Shown piece after piece: positions 18,773 through 28,684 of a stretch of 64,000 bases of DNA. Under the pieces are notes generated by a model. It was not told where the DNA came from and made no database searches. It worked only from the letters and a program-made list of their open reading frames with translations. Origin of the DNA: Pseudomonadota bacterium (lineage in GTDB: Bacteria > Bdellovibrionota > Bdellovibrionia > Bdellovibrionales > Bdellovibrionaceae). Position 1 is the stretch's first letter; each line of letters starts with the position of its first letter. The position numbers were made by a program, and so were the translations under genes. Location of the stretch: assembly GCA_041178425.1 (NCBI GenBank), contig JBEGVH010000006.1, positions 192,001-256,000 of the forward strand. The letters are read 5' to 3'.

Positions 18773-20107
18773 GTGATCAATCAGCTCTTTTTGAGAATGG
18801 CATTAAGAAATGTGAAAGCTCATTGGAGACAGAGCTTAGCCGCTATCCTGTCGGTCACCGCCGGATTTATCGCTTACGTGATTTTTGATGGCTATCTTCG
18901 AGATATTTATCGAGCCTATACAGATTACAATCAGAATCTTGAGATGTATGGAGACTTGATGGTAGAGCGCGAGGGTTTTTCTGACGTTGAAGGCCGATCA
19001 GACCCATGGGCGTTCGCGCTAACGGAGGCCGATCAACTGTTCATTTTTAAATTTTTAGAAAATCACAGATATGAAGTCAGCGCTGCCGCTCGTTTTATAC
19101 AAATTTCCGGGAGCTTAGAGACTGGACAGGCCTCTTCTGTTTTTCAAGGAATCGCCTATGACATCGAACCGGCAGCTATCATTAGAGGGCAATGGGGTTG
19201 GGACACCTATTGGGGACATCCGTTGCATAAAACAAAGAATGTTGATCTCAAAATGATAACAGGTTTGAGGCTGGCACAAAAGTTAGGATGCCTTCCGGAT
19301 AAGATTGAGGGGCTCGAGAGATACCTCCTCGATCTTGAACGATATCCTAAAGCTCGTTCTTTTAACTGCGAAAATGAAGAGTTTCAACTTTCTGCAATGA
19401 CCGAATCGGGCCAAGTGAACGCCATTGATCTATCGATTTCAGGAATACAAGATAAAGGGTTTCGAGATTTGGACTCTCGCTATGTTGTCTTACCTTTAGA
19501 GACAGCCCAAAAACTTTTTAACACCAAAAAGGTCAGTTACTTCTCGATCAAACTGAAGAAGAATGAATCTCTCTCAAAGTTCATTACCGAGTTTAATCAA
19601 AGTCTTAACGCTGAATTCGCTCATCTAAAAATGATGCCCTGGCAAAAACATCCTGTTGGAGAAATGTATCGAAAGACTTTATCCCTGCTCGATGTTATTA
19701 GAACATTTTTGATCTCTGTAATTATTTTTATTGGTTCAATGTCTGTTTTTAATATCATGGTAAAATCTGTCAAAGAGCGAACAAAAGAGATGGGAATGCT
19801 GAGGAGCCTCGGTTTTTTTCCAAGACAGATTCGACTTCTTTTTTATCTAGAAACACTTCTTTGGAGCGGATTAGGATGCTTTTCAGGCACGATCCTTTCT
19901 CTTCTGTTATCGTGGTTTTTTAATGCGGCAGAGTGGACCTATCCTTCCGGTCAGTTTTCTTTTGAGGCCCCTTTTATTATTGCCGTAGCACCATCGATTT
20001 ATGCTAGCGGTGTGATATTAATGTCTTTCATCTCATTGTTGGCGTGTTGGCTTGCCATTCGTAAAACCAGCGAATCGAATATTGCCAATTTGCTTTTGCA
20101 TCATTAA
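18773..20107 (+). CDS. ABC permease, FtsX/LolE-like (second subunit)
   Basis: MALRNV N-terminus, ERTKEMGMLRSLG, three C-terminal TM helices. Confidence 0.9.
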   Translation: MINQLFLRMALRNVKAHWRQSLAAILSVTAGFIAYVIFDGYLRDIYRAYTDYNQNLEMYGDLMVEREGFSDVEGRSDPWAFALTEADQLFIFKFLENHRYEVSAAARFIQISGSLETGQASSVFQGIAYDIEPAAIIRGQWGWDTYWGHPLHKTKNVDLKMITGLRLAQKLGCLPDKIEGLERYLLDLERYPKARSFNCENEEFQLSAMTESGQVNAIDLSISGIQDKGFRDLDSRYVVLPLETAQKLFNTKKVSYFSIKLKKNESLSKFITEFNQSLNAEFAHLKMMPWQKHPVGEMYRKTLSLLDVIRTFLISVIIFIGSMSVFNIMVKSVKERTKEMGMLRSLGFFPRQIRLLFYLETLLWSGLGCFSGTILSLLLSWFFNAAEWTYPSGQFSFEAPFIIAVAPSIYASGVILMSFISLLACWLAIRKTSESNIANLLLHH

Positions 20108-20123
20108 TTAGGGGGATCAATTA

Positions 20124-21410
20124 ATGCCCAATTTAAATCGAAGCCGAAGTCTTCTCCTTGCCTGTATTTACCTTGGCTACGCTGGCTTTATGCTGATAAA
20201 AACATCGATTATCGCCGGAGGTCCAGCGCTCCTGAACGATGCTTCTTTGGGACTCACCAAATCCGATTGGTCTTCGATGCTCGCTTTTGGCACAATAGGT
20301 GGCATCATCGGAAAATTCATTAGCGGATGGTCTGCAGATCGTTGGGGAGGTAAATCAACCTTTACGGCTGGATTACTTTTCGCGTCCCTTGGTATTGCCC
20401 ATTTCAGTCATCAATCGTCTGCCTTTGCTTTTGCAGCCACCTATTCAGCGATTCTTCTCTGCAATTCCTCAGGCTGGCCGTCAATGGCCAAACTGATCGG
20501 AAACTGGTTCGAACCGCATCAGTACGGGAGAGTGTGGGGACTCATTTCAACTTCTAGTCGCGTAGGAACCATCAGCGCCACTCTGATCGTCTCTGCGCTT
20601 CTGCGAAATATGGAATGGCGGCAGATGCTTTTAATATCTGCTACCATCGGAGGTTCGCTTTTTATTATCGCATATTTATTTATCAAAGAATATCCTGCCA
20701 TTCCTATCAACAGAGCGATGGGAAACGCCACCAAAGAAGCAGAGGCAAACGCTGTCCACCCCTTTGCGGCACTCAATCTGAACGATGCGATTAAAGAGTT
20801 TTTTCGTAGTCGACGTTTTTATCTGATTTGCGCATCGATGATGGGTCTTACCATTCTTTGGGACTTCATCAATTTTGTTCCCGTCTACCTAAAGGAAAGC
20901 CTTAAGATCAGTGCCTCTGACGCGGCGATGGCCACCTCATCGCTCCCCCTCGGTTCTCTTGTTTCGGTGTTACTCGGTGGATTTATATTTGACAAATTAT
21001 CACGTCATTTAGTTGCAAAAATTATTGGACTCTATCTATTCTGTACAGTTTTGTGTATAACAACACTTTTTTTGCTTCCAAATATTTCAATCGCAGACAC
21101 TAGCAAAATGACTATAACACTCGCTTGTTTGTTCATTTTTGGATTTACGGTTTCACCGGCCTACTATCTCCCAATGAGTATTTTTTCGATTGCCTTCGGA
21201 GGGCCCCACTCCGGATTCCTTATCGCTCTGATTGATGTTTGTGGCTACGGAGCATCGGTTTTATTTAGTTTTGCTGCTGGTCGAATTTTTGGAGGCTCTG
21301 AATCCTGGGCGCCTTTTTTAATAGCTCTCATCGCTGTGGCAATCGCAGCGATGACTTTTACTTTTTGGTTTTTAAAAAATGAAGCAAAGTTGGCAGAAGC
21401 AAAAAGCTAG
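20124..21410 (+). CDS. MFS transporter (GlpT/UhpC-like)
   Basis: GKFISGWSADRWG and GWPSMAKLIGNWF motifs; ~12 TM helices. Confidence 0.85.
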   Translation: MPNLNRSRSLLLACIYLGYAGFMLIKTSIIAGGPALLNDASLGLTKSDWSSMLAFGTIGGIIGKFISGWSADRWGGKSTFTAGLLFASLGIAHFSHQSSAFAFAATYSAILLCNSSGWPSMAKLIGNWFEPHQYGRVWGLISTSSRVGTISATLIVSALLRNMEWRQMLLISATIGGSLFIIAYLFIKEYPAIPINRAMGNATKEAEANAVHPFAALNLNDAIKEFFRSRRFYLICASMMGLTILWDFINFVPVYLKESLKISASDAAMATSSLPLGSLVSVLLGGFIFDKLSRHLVAKIIGLYLFCTVLCITTLFLLPNISIADTSKMTITLACLFIFGFTVSPAYYLPMSIFSIAFGGPHSGFLIALIDVCGYGASVLFSFAAGRIFGGSESWAPFLIALIAVAIAAMTFTFWFLKNEAKLAEAKS

Positions 21411-21425
21411 AGGCAAAAATGAGTC

Positions 21426-21785
21426 CTAAGCTTTTCTTACAAATTCCGATTTTAAATTCATGGCGCCAATGCCATCAATTTTACACGCAATGTCGTGCCC
21501 ATCACCACCGTCTGTTAGACGAATGTTCTTTACCTTGGTTCCACCTTTAACAACGAGCGAAGACCCTTTAACCTTGAGGTCTTTAATGACAATCACGGCA
21601 TCGCCATCAGACAGCACGTTACCATTAGCATCACGAATGAGCCCGTCGTCGACAACTGAGTCAGCGGTAGAGGATTCTGCCACAAACTGACTCCATTCAT
21701 TACCACACTCTGGACAAATCCAAAGTGAGGCATCGGCATAGACATGAGTAGAACTACATTTTGGGCAAACCATAGATTCAGACAT
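21426..21785 (-). CDS. yjdM: Zinc-ribbon protein YjdM (PhnA family)
   Basis: CPKC...[27 protein letters not shown] and LKSEFVRK. Confidence 0.92.
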   Translation of the reverse strand: MSESMVCPKCSSTHVYADASLWICPECGNEWSQFVAESSTADSVVDDGLIRDANGNVLSDGDAVIVIKDLKVKGSSLVVKGGTKVKNIRLTDGGDGHDIACKIDGIGAMNLKSEFVRKA

Positions 21786-21882
21786 AATGTTCCTAACGTG
21801 ATTTTAATACTATTTGAGACACCGATAACATAATCATGAGACTTTTGACCATGATCGCCCTTTAGTTTTCTGCTCTGCATCT

Positions 21883-23115
21883 TTAATGCTCACTGGCATG
21901 ATCTTGAAAAATTAAACTGATTACAGCGGCAAGCACGACGGCCTTGGCGATCTCCGTGAGAATTGGATATTGGGAAATTCTTGGGGCTCTACGAGAGCTA
22001 GGGGCTTCCAATCCATAAGCATGCTCATCCAGATCTTTATCTCTAGAATGGGTGCTAAAGGAGAGCTGTTGAAGAGCTTCCTCAGACACCTTAAAATCCA
22101 TCTGATTTCCTATGTTCAGCTGCAACACCTTCGCAAGAGCTTTAAAATCTAAGTGTTCGGCTTCTTGTTGCTCTTGTAAAAAATCAATTAAACGCGGATC
22201 TCTGGATCGAATAGCTTCAACGAGACCCCGCGAAAAATTCAAGTAAGATTCAATTTGAGCCCCATCAACGGTACTGTTAAAAAGTCTGAACTCGACAGTA
22301 CCCAGCGACTTTAAAGATTTAAGATTAAGTCCTCGATAGCGACTCAATTGGTTTTCTAGCAAATGAGAGGCTTGCAATGCCTTGTTGGTTACGGACTCGA
22401 GGTAATCAACCATGGCTATGTCTGTAGGCTCAGACCATTGTTCGCGGTAGCGTGTTTTTTGAAAGTGATCGTTCACCTGATAATCAATCGACGAAAATAG
22501 CTGCATCAGAGAAGCCAGTTCGTGAGCTTTTGCCTTCGGAAAGCCGACATGTATGTGCACACCAGCACTGCTTGGCTCTGCTTTTAGTCCTGTTGAGGTT
22601 TTGAGTTTTTCTATGAGCTCCTGAAACGTTTGAAAATCTTGCCTGTTTCTTAAAATAGGGCTCACAATTTCAATGCCCTCATAGCCCATCGGACTCCGAA
22701 TAGAAGCATCAACCGTGAATTCATAGATGTATTCGTGCTGCAAATACTCATAACTAACAAAAACACTTGAATCAGCTAGTAGTTCGGTCTGCGATAACCG
22801 AAGATTTTTGTATTCGGAGTTTTGAGAAAGAAATTTTAAAGCAGCCTCTGCTAAGTCTGATCGGCGCAAACTCGAGGGAAAGATCGCTTCCACCTCAATT
22901 CCAATGGTCGTCTCTTCTTTGAATGAAGAGACTTTCTGAGGATATCTCAAAAACTTTAATCCCCAAAAAAGTTGATCTATCGAGCGCCCATCGGAAAACA
23001 GCTGTCGACACTGAATCGGAGCTTTACTTTCGATTTTTGCAGAAATGGGCATTGCTGCCAAAACTAGATTAAGAGACAATAATGCACTTAGTACTCGGCG
23101 CTGATTGAGATTCAT
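21883..23115 (-). CDS. Amidoligase (COOH-NH2 ligase, Amidoligase_2-like) with signal peptide and hydrophobic C-terminus
   Basis: IGIEVE, DASI, GIEIVSPIL, SAGVHIHVG, RYRGLNL and TVEFRLFNST motifs. Confidence 0.82.
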   Translation of the reverse strand: MNLNQRRVLSALLSLNLVLAAMPISAKIESKAPIQCRQLFSDGRSIDQLFWGLKFLRYPQKVSSFKEETTIGIEVEAIFPSSLRRSDLAEAALKFLSQNSEYKNLRLSQTELLADSSVFVSYEYLQHEYIYEFTVDASIRSPMGYEGIEIVSPILRNRQDFQTFQELIEKLKTSTGLKAEPSSAGVHIHVGFPKAKAHELASLMQLFSSIDYQVNDHFQKTRYREQWSEPTDIAMVDYLESVTNKALQASHLLENQLSRYRGLNLKSLKSLGTVEFRLFNSTVDGAQIESYLNFSRGLVEAIRSRDPRLIDFLQEQQEAEHLDFKALAKVLQLNIGNQMDFKVSEEALQQLSFSTHSRDKDLDEHAYGLEAPSSRRAPRISQYPILTEIAKAVVLAAVISLIFQDHASEH

Positions 23116-23818
23116 TAGGGCCTCACCTTATACCCCCATTCCTTTCAAATATGAGACCCTAATGAAGCATTATCTAATCAAAAGTAGTTGAGTTTAAACG
23201 AATCGCCCCCCTCATCACCAACCCTCAGGTGTTAGCCTTCTAACAGCAGCGACAAATTTACGCCATCCCTTCACCTTGTCCAATACGACTAAAGAGAGGG
23301 ATGATGCAACGAAACGAAACAGAGGTACTGAAAATGAACCAATCTCAATAACATACTTTTAGAAGATCTAGACGCCCCCAATTTCAACGAGGTCAGTAAC
23401 AAAAATGTTAATTCACCCCATTGAAATCGGTGTTTTTCAAGAGAGATGTCGACTGATAGGATTTACCCGCAGTTTCATTTGCGGCAAATGATTGTGATCC
23501 CTGCCAGCTCATGCTGCTCACATAGAGACTAACTACTTTTGCCCGGATCTTTCTAATCTCATGAACCAAAATGCGCCCGCGCGCCATAACCGAAATAAGC
23601 AGCCAAACGGCTTTCTCGCTCAAAATCCGGTTCATTGATTCAATGGCTTCTTCCGCCTTTTTCTAGATGGTTTTCCCTTTATTGATGACCTTCTTCATTC
23701 GTGACCTCATTCTGGTTTCCTGCGTGGATTTTAGATACCCAGCACTAGAACATAAGTGAGGTCATGTTTCAAATTTCAACTAAGGATAAACCAGTTCCTT
23801 AGAAAAGGTCAGCACACT

Positions 23819-24478
23819 TCATTGTTTATCTTCCGGGACAAGAAGCTCAACAACATCTTTCGTTCGATCATAAAAACAAGCCAGGCTCATTTCCCAAAGG
23901 GTGTTTTTGGGAATCACTCCGTCTTTAGCGGCCTGAGCGTCAGAAACTTTCGAATAGTCTCCATAATGCTGTAGCTTAAGGTTCGGAACTTCAGGGTTGC
24001 GAAACTTCATCGTCGTCTGAACAATATCAGATGTTTCTCGGTCGCTAAAATTAATATCAGCAGCAAATACATCGCCAATGACTGTCGTATTTCTCTCTTC
24101 GATAGCCTTGGCACCATTCTGGGTCTCATGAAGCAACAAGAAGCTCAGAGACATAGAGGGTCTATCAGCGAGCCTATCCTTATCCTCAGTTTGAACATAA
24201 AGATCCATCTTGTACCCTTTATTCAAATTGAAAATTAAGCGGCCACTCCGGCAAGTTGCAGACCATGTCACATTGCACGACGAAATAGGGATTTCTATCT
24301 TTTTAAACTTAGTATCAACAACCCGATCCGACTGTGGATTATTAATAAAGGAATGAATGAGCATACAGGCTACCCGTTTCACTGGGGGCTGCGGGGTCGG
24401 CTCTGAGGTCGCCTGAGGTGCCGCAAAGACCTGATTTAGACTAAGCACTGTTAGAATAATTATTGGATAGAGTTTCAT
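23819..24478 (-). CDS. Hypothetical secreted protein
   Basis: Signal peptide ending VFA-A; AAGGAGG RBS; four Cys. Confidence 0.7.
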   Translation of the reverse strand: MKLYPIIILTVLSLNQVFAAPQATSEPTPQPPVKRVACMLIHSFINNPQSDRVVDTKFKKIEIPISSCNVTWSATCRSGRLIFNLNKGYKMDLYVQTEDKDRLADRPSMSLSFLLLHETQNGAKAIEERNTTVIGDVFAADINFSDRETSDIVQTTMKFRNPEVPNLKLQHYGDYSKVSDAQAAKDGVIPKNTLWEMSLACFYDRTKDVVELLVPEDKQ

Positions 24479-24589
24479 ATTAAACCTCCTTTATTTGGTT
24501 TGTGGGACACTCTTTAACTCAATGCACCAATCAGAAATAGATAGAAATTTAGTACGCTCCCTAAGGTAAGGCGTCCATAAAGTCATTCT

Positions 24590-24605
24590 CGGCCTTTCTT
24601 TTGCA
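24590..24605 (+). promoter_or_regulatory. Probable sigma-54 promoter
   Basis: CGGCCT-TTCTT-TTGCA (GG-N10-GC) upstream of a GGAGG RBS and GTG 24649. Confidence 0.5.
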
Positions 24606-24648
24606 GAATTTCGTAGTAATCGAACCCATTTGAGACCAGGAGGTTCAG

Positions 24649-25107
24649 GTGTTATTTGGGTGCAAAACATTTTTACGTTTGCTGCCAGGAAAAGGCCTCA
24701 AACCCCTCCTCCAGGGAGGCTTCTCTATTTTATTTATCGGTCTCTTTAGTACACTTTTTTTATTTAGCAGTAGAACTTGGCCAACCCTAAATTTGTTTTA
24801 CTCTTCAGATACTAGCCTAAATCGTTCACCGGCAGAAAATGGCGAGGGCCGGGGTGGTGGTGGCTCAGCTCTCTATTGGAATAATGTTCTTGGCCCCAGC
24901 ACATTTTTGGACTTGGTCAATGACTCACGTTATTCGACCTCAAACGATCAAATAGACGAACCTCTGAAAACTTTCCATAAACGAATTCGAACCTCCGTGG
25001 AGTTTCAGATCCTTGGGTTTACAGGAATAAGCAATTCAAATGGTTTTTGGCTTTCCCAAAGCCCCCCCGAAAGCCGGTCGCAAAAGGCCTCCAGAGGGAG
25101 CGTTTAG
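24649..25107 (+). pseudogene. Probable 5' part of an exported-protein gene interrupted by the 146-bp repeat
   Basis: RBS and promoter present, hydrophobic segment, RSPAENGEGRGGGG; the last ~28 codons are read from the repeat starting at 25023. Confidence 0.4.
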
Positions 25108-25168
25108 CCTCTGGATCCAGTTTTCTTGTGGGGCAAATATTATGTTGAGGTGACGGAAGGGCTAATCA
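25023..25168 (+). repeat. 146-bp direct repeat, copy 1
   Basis: AGGAATAAGCAATTC...GGGCTAATCA matches 31954-32099 except at 2 positions. Confidence 0.95.
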
Positions 25169-26023
25169 GAAAAGTCTAGGGGAGTTGGCGGTCGTATGGC
25201 CACTCGGCGAACCCTTGATACAAGATTTGATCACGGGGCTCAGTTTTACCGACTAAAAGAAGATATTATTTCTCTTCATAAACTTTGGTGTGACCAAGCT
25301 GTAACTCAGTCATGGTTTGAATCCGACGAGGGAAATCATTGGTGCGCTAAACTTGGAATGACGACTCTGGCGAAAACTCTGGCCTCAAATCTCGAGATTG
25401 GCCTAGAAAAACAAATAAGCACCATCACTTTTGAAAATGGTTTGTGGAAAATCGCATCGGATAAAAACGAAGAGTGGATTTGTCGCAACCTCATTCTCAC
25501 TTCACCTATGCCTCAATCGGTGAAGCTTCTCGAAGGAGCAATAAATCAAATGAGTTTTAAAAAAGATAAATTTCTCGAATTAAAAAAAATTGAGTACACC
25601 AAAGCCCTTATCGCTCTTGTGACACTAGAAGAAGAAATATTTATTCACGAATCAGGCTATCTTGAATTTAGCTCGGGTGATTTCTTTTCAATTGCTGATC
25701 AAAAACGAAAAGCAGTTAGTGAAACGCCAGCTCTTAGCATAACCATGTCACCTCAATTCTCAGAAGAATTTTTTGAAGAAAAAGACGATGTGATACTTGC
25801 AGCGATCTTAAAGAAATTTTCTAGTCAGTATCCTGAAATGAAAATCAAAGCAGCAGAGCTGAAAAAGTGGCGCTATTGTCGTCCAACGTCTCAAGATAAA
25901 AATCTCTTTTGCGAAATTGCCAACAATTTATTTTTAATTGGAGATGTCTTTGGCGGCAGCAGTCTCCTCGGGGCCGTGAGATCCGCTGAAAGCTTATGTC
26001 AGCATTTACAAAGTCGAATATAA
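25169..26023 (+). pseudogene. 5'-truncated renalase-like FAD-dependent oxidoreductase
   Basis: The frame begins EKSRGVGGRMATRR...FDHGAQF exactly at the repeat boundary. In-frame TAA at 25163; the GxGxxG FAD-binding start is missing. KWRY and GAVRSA present. Confidence 0.8.
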
Positions 26024-26025
26024 AT

Positions 26026-26445
26026 ATGTTTAAAAATAATACGCATTCAACAATTTTAAAAATAGCTGCCATCTATAATTTAGTTTGGGGAGCTTTTATA
26101 ATCTTGGCCCCCAACGCTTTATTTGATTTTGCAGGCCTTCCTCGCATGCAAAACTACATTGGCATCTGGCAGTGTGTAGGAATGATCGTTGGAGTTTACG
26201 GCATTGGTTATTGGGTCGCGGCCCTTGATCCCAATCGCCACTTGCCAATTGTCTTGGTGGGTTTTTTAGGAAAAATTTTTGGACCCATTGGATTTGTTCA
26301 AGCGTATTATCAAGGCGTATTTAACGCTAAATTTGGTTTGACAATTCTTACCAATGATATCATTTGGTGGATTCCTTTCTATCTCATTCTTAACTCTAAT
26401 AAAGATGAAATCATAAAAACATTTAATCCATTCAAGGAAAAATAA
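26026..26445 (+). CDS. Conserved 4-TM membrane protein
   Basis: AIYNLVWG, IWQCVGMIVGVYG, GKIFGPIGF and NDIIWW; tightly packed with neighbours. Confidence 0.75.
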   Translation: MFKNNTHSTILKIAAIYNLVWGAFIILAPNALFDFAGLPRMQNYIGIWQCVGMIVGVYGIGYWVAALDPNRHLPIVLVGFLGKIFGPIGFVQAYYQGVFNAKFGLTILTNDIIWWIPFYLILNSNKDEIIKTFNPFKEK

Positions 26446-26447
26446 TC

Positions 26448-26915
26448 ATGACTATTAACATACAAAAACGACTTCACCATCGCACTCCATACTTACTCAT
26501 TGATGAAGTGATAGAGCACTCGCATAAGCAATTGCACGCAAGAAAACTCTCTACTCAAAATGATTTCTTTCAAGCAGGCCATTTTCCAAATGCTCCAGTT
26601 GTACCGGGGGCGATGATGCAAGAGATGACGACCCAAGCAGCGGGGCTTCTTATTGCAGAATACTACTCACCGGTAGCAGATTATGATAGCGAAAAAACTA
26701 AAGGCTATGCTTTAGGAGTGCTCAGAGCAATTCACCAAGCAAAGTATAAAAAATTTGTTCGCCCACAAGATATTCTAGATATCAAAGTTGAACTCATAGA
26801 AAAAATTGAAGATGCTTTTTATTTTAAAGCACACATCGAAGTTGATGGAAATAAAGTTATGAGCAATGAGTTTACACTCATTAATATTGCGGAAGAAAAG
26901 TTAATCGGAAATTAA
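26448..26915 (+). CDS. FabZ/FabA-like hotdog-fold dehydratase
   Basis: LHHRTPYLLID and GHFPNAPVVPGAMMQEM motifs. Confidence 0.85.
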   Translation: MTINIQKRLHHRTPYLLIDEVIEHSHKQLHARKLSTQNDFFQAGHFPNAPVVPGAMMQEMTTQAAGLLIAEYYSPVADYDSEKTKGYALGVLRAIHQAKYKKFVRPQDILDIKVELIEKIEDAFYFKAHIEVDGNKVMSNEFTLINIAEEKLIGN

Positions 26916-27156
26916 ATTTTTTCAAAAATGAAAAATATTGTCCTTGAAGTAGTTTGATTATTTAAATTCAAAATTGATTCGTGCTAACTCACCAGAAAAA
27001 TTCTTTTGAATGAAAGATATTTTGGTGAGAATTGCGAATCAGTCCTGCAAGATTTGCTTTGCTACTTCTCACCAGTTTTTTAATCTTAGCATATTTCAAT
27101 ATGTGTTTTAAAAAATTTAAGCTGAATTAAATTTCTCAGGCATGAGACTTAACTAG

Positions 27157-27903
27157 TTAAATCGCCGACCAGCCACCATCGTTTGCGAGAACCGCTCCAG
27201 TGATATTGCTCGAGTCATCGCTAGCAAGCCACAAAATACTTGCCGCCAGTTGCTCAGGCTCGGCCATATTTGGTGAGATGCCTTGAAACACAGGAGTTAG
27301 CCTGTCGTTAGCAAGAGCAGATTTATAAGGAGCTTCGATCGATGTTTTCACTCCACCCGGAGCGACGACGTTGCAGCGAATGCCTTTATCTGAATACATA
27401 AAAGAAGTGCTTCTAGATAAACCAATCAGCGCGTGTTTGGAAGTTGTATAAGTAGCTCCAGCACACGCTCCGCGAAGTCCTGCTTCAGAACTTATATTGA
27501 CGAAATTTCCCTTACCAGCTTTAAGCATCAGAGGAAGAGCTGCGCGAGTGAGTCGCATGGGCCCTGTTAAATTGACCGCAAGAACTTTCTCCCACGTCTC
27601 ATCGTCGACTTCAGCAACCGGAAGAAATCCATCCATGATGCCAGCGTTGTTGATAACAATATCAACTTTTCCTTCACACGCTTTTATAAGAGCATTTGCT
27701 GTTTCTTGTTTTGAAACATCTCCGGCCACTGTGATGATGGCATATTCTTTTAATTGTGATTTTAATTCAGACAAGCGAGACTCATTCCAATCACTAGCAA
27801 TAATTTTGGCGCCTTCTTTGGCGAGTCGATGCACACAAGCTTTGCCTATACCTGCGCCTGCACCAGTGACGATAACGGTTTTATTTTGAAATCTATTATC
27901 CAT
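27157..27903 (-). CDS. Classical SDR oxidoreductase
   Basis: TGAGAGIG, NNAG, YTTSK and DGGW motifs; AAGGAG RBS. Confidence 0.92.
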   Translation of the reverse strand: MDNRFQNKTVIVTGAGAGIGKACVHRLAKEGAKIIASDWNESRLSELKSQLKEYAIITVAGDVSKQETANALIKACEGKVDIVINNAGIMDGFLPVAEVDDETWEKVLAVNLTGPMRLTRAALPLMLKAGKGNFVNISSEAGLRGACAGATYTTSKHALIGLSRSTSFMYSDKGIRCNVVAPGGVKTSIEAPYKSALANDRLTPVFQGISPNMAEPEQLAASILWLASDDSSNITGAVLANDGGWSAI

Positions 27904-27995
27904 TAAAATCTCCTTGAAGATAAACACTTGGAGATCGTTGCATCTGATTTGTTGTGTGAATATGATAAAAATTAGTTTAAAAACATAGATAAATT

Positions 27996-28022
27996 AAATA
28001 AAAAGAGAGGATTGCTCCTCCC
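27996..28022 (-). terminator. Intrinsic terminator of small-peptide gene copy 1
   Basis: Minus strand GGGAGG-AGCAAT-CCTCTC followed by TTTTTATTT. Confidence 0.7.
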
Positions 28023-28029
28023 TAAACCA

Positions 28030-28119
28030 TTAGAGTAAATCCCTTAACGATCTTAAAATCATTGCTAGTAATTTTAAAATCAGGATAATAGCCTCTAACA
28101 ATTTTAGAACCTTGAACAT
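28030..28119 (-). CDS. 29-aa hydrophobic peptide, TisB-like type I toxin candidate (MFKVLKLLEAIILILKLLAMILRSLRDLL)
   Basis: Below the ORF-track size cutoff. GGAAGG SD, own terminator, a frame-preserved paralogue at 31326-31415, and an ILILKL core shared with TisB. Confidence 0.7.
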   Translation of the reverse strand: MFKVLKLLEAIILILKLLAMILRSLRDLL

Positions 28120-28166
28120 CCTTGCCTTCCTGAAAGATTGACCTTCATTGGTCAGGAGCTCACGGT

Positions 28167-28203
28167 TTGTATCTTTAAATGTTTATGGTAAAATATTTTT
28201 ACC
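28167..28203 (+). promoter_or_regulatory. Sigma-70-like promoter for the sRNA with overlapping palindrome
   Basis: TTGTAT-16 nt-TAAAAT with an extended TG; GGTAAAA-TAT-TTTTACC palindrome at 28187-28203. Confidence 0.5.
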
Positions 28204-28272
28204 CTAAGCTACGGTTTGCTAGACCGTATATTTTAGAACCTTGAAAACCCCTCATACTACGAGGGGTTTTTT
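28201..28272 (+). ncRNA. Candidate antitoxin sRNA (IstR/OhsC-like), divergent from the toxin
   Basis: 5' hairpin TACGGTTT-GCT-AGACCGTA; 16-nt ATTTTAGAACCTTGAA (28230-28245) identical to 28101-28116, hence antisense to toxin codons 2-7; terminator AAAACCCCTC-ATACTAC-GAGGGGTTTT-TT. Confidence 0.65.
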
Positions 28273-28339
28273 ATTTGTCCTGATTTCAAAATGAATACGT
28301 ACAATTTTTTTGAAATGAATTGATAAAAATCTGAAGATT

Positions 28340-28600
28340 TTATTTTTTATCTTCTGAGTTACCCCAGCGCCACTTAAGTGGCTCTCCATAGCGATACATA
28401 ATGTAAAAATTTGCAATGGTGATGGCAACGATATAACCATACCATATGTAAAGAACTGTTTTACTCATCGGGTGGATTAAAATAAGTGGAGCAACGATAG
28501 AAGTGGAATATCCCAGAGTAATAAGCCAGCCCTGCCAAGTACAGGGAGTCCAACCAATTCCATATTTTTTTCTTTTAAACCAAATGATTTTTTCACTCAT
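28340..28600 (-). CDS. Small 2-TM membrane protein
   Basis: WFKRKKYGIGWTPCTWQGW and GEPLKWRWG motifs flanking two TM helices. Confidence 0.8.
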   Translation of the reverse strand: MSEKIIWFKRKKYGIGWTPCTWQGWLITLGYSTSIVAPLILIHPMSKTVLYIWYGYIVAITIANFYIMYRYGEPLKWRWGNSEDKK

Positions 28601-28684
28601 AGTTTTATTATAAATCGAACTTGAACTTCCTGATTCATTTGTTAGACTTTTTTAATATTTAATTTGAATAAGAAGGTAGTAGCA

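Noticed and set aside
23160..23760. Possible decayed gene(s) on the minus strand
   Set aside because: Short frames broken by stops with no recognisable family; cannot support a call.
25055..25120. Resemblance of the 146-bp repeat to a c-di-GMP-I (GEMM) riboswitch (GAAA loop, CGCAAAAGGCCTCC)
   Set aside because: The stem under the GAAA loop pairs poorly and the tetraloop receptor and P1 are not evident; needs an Infernal scan.
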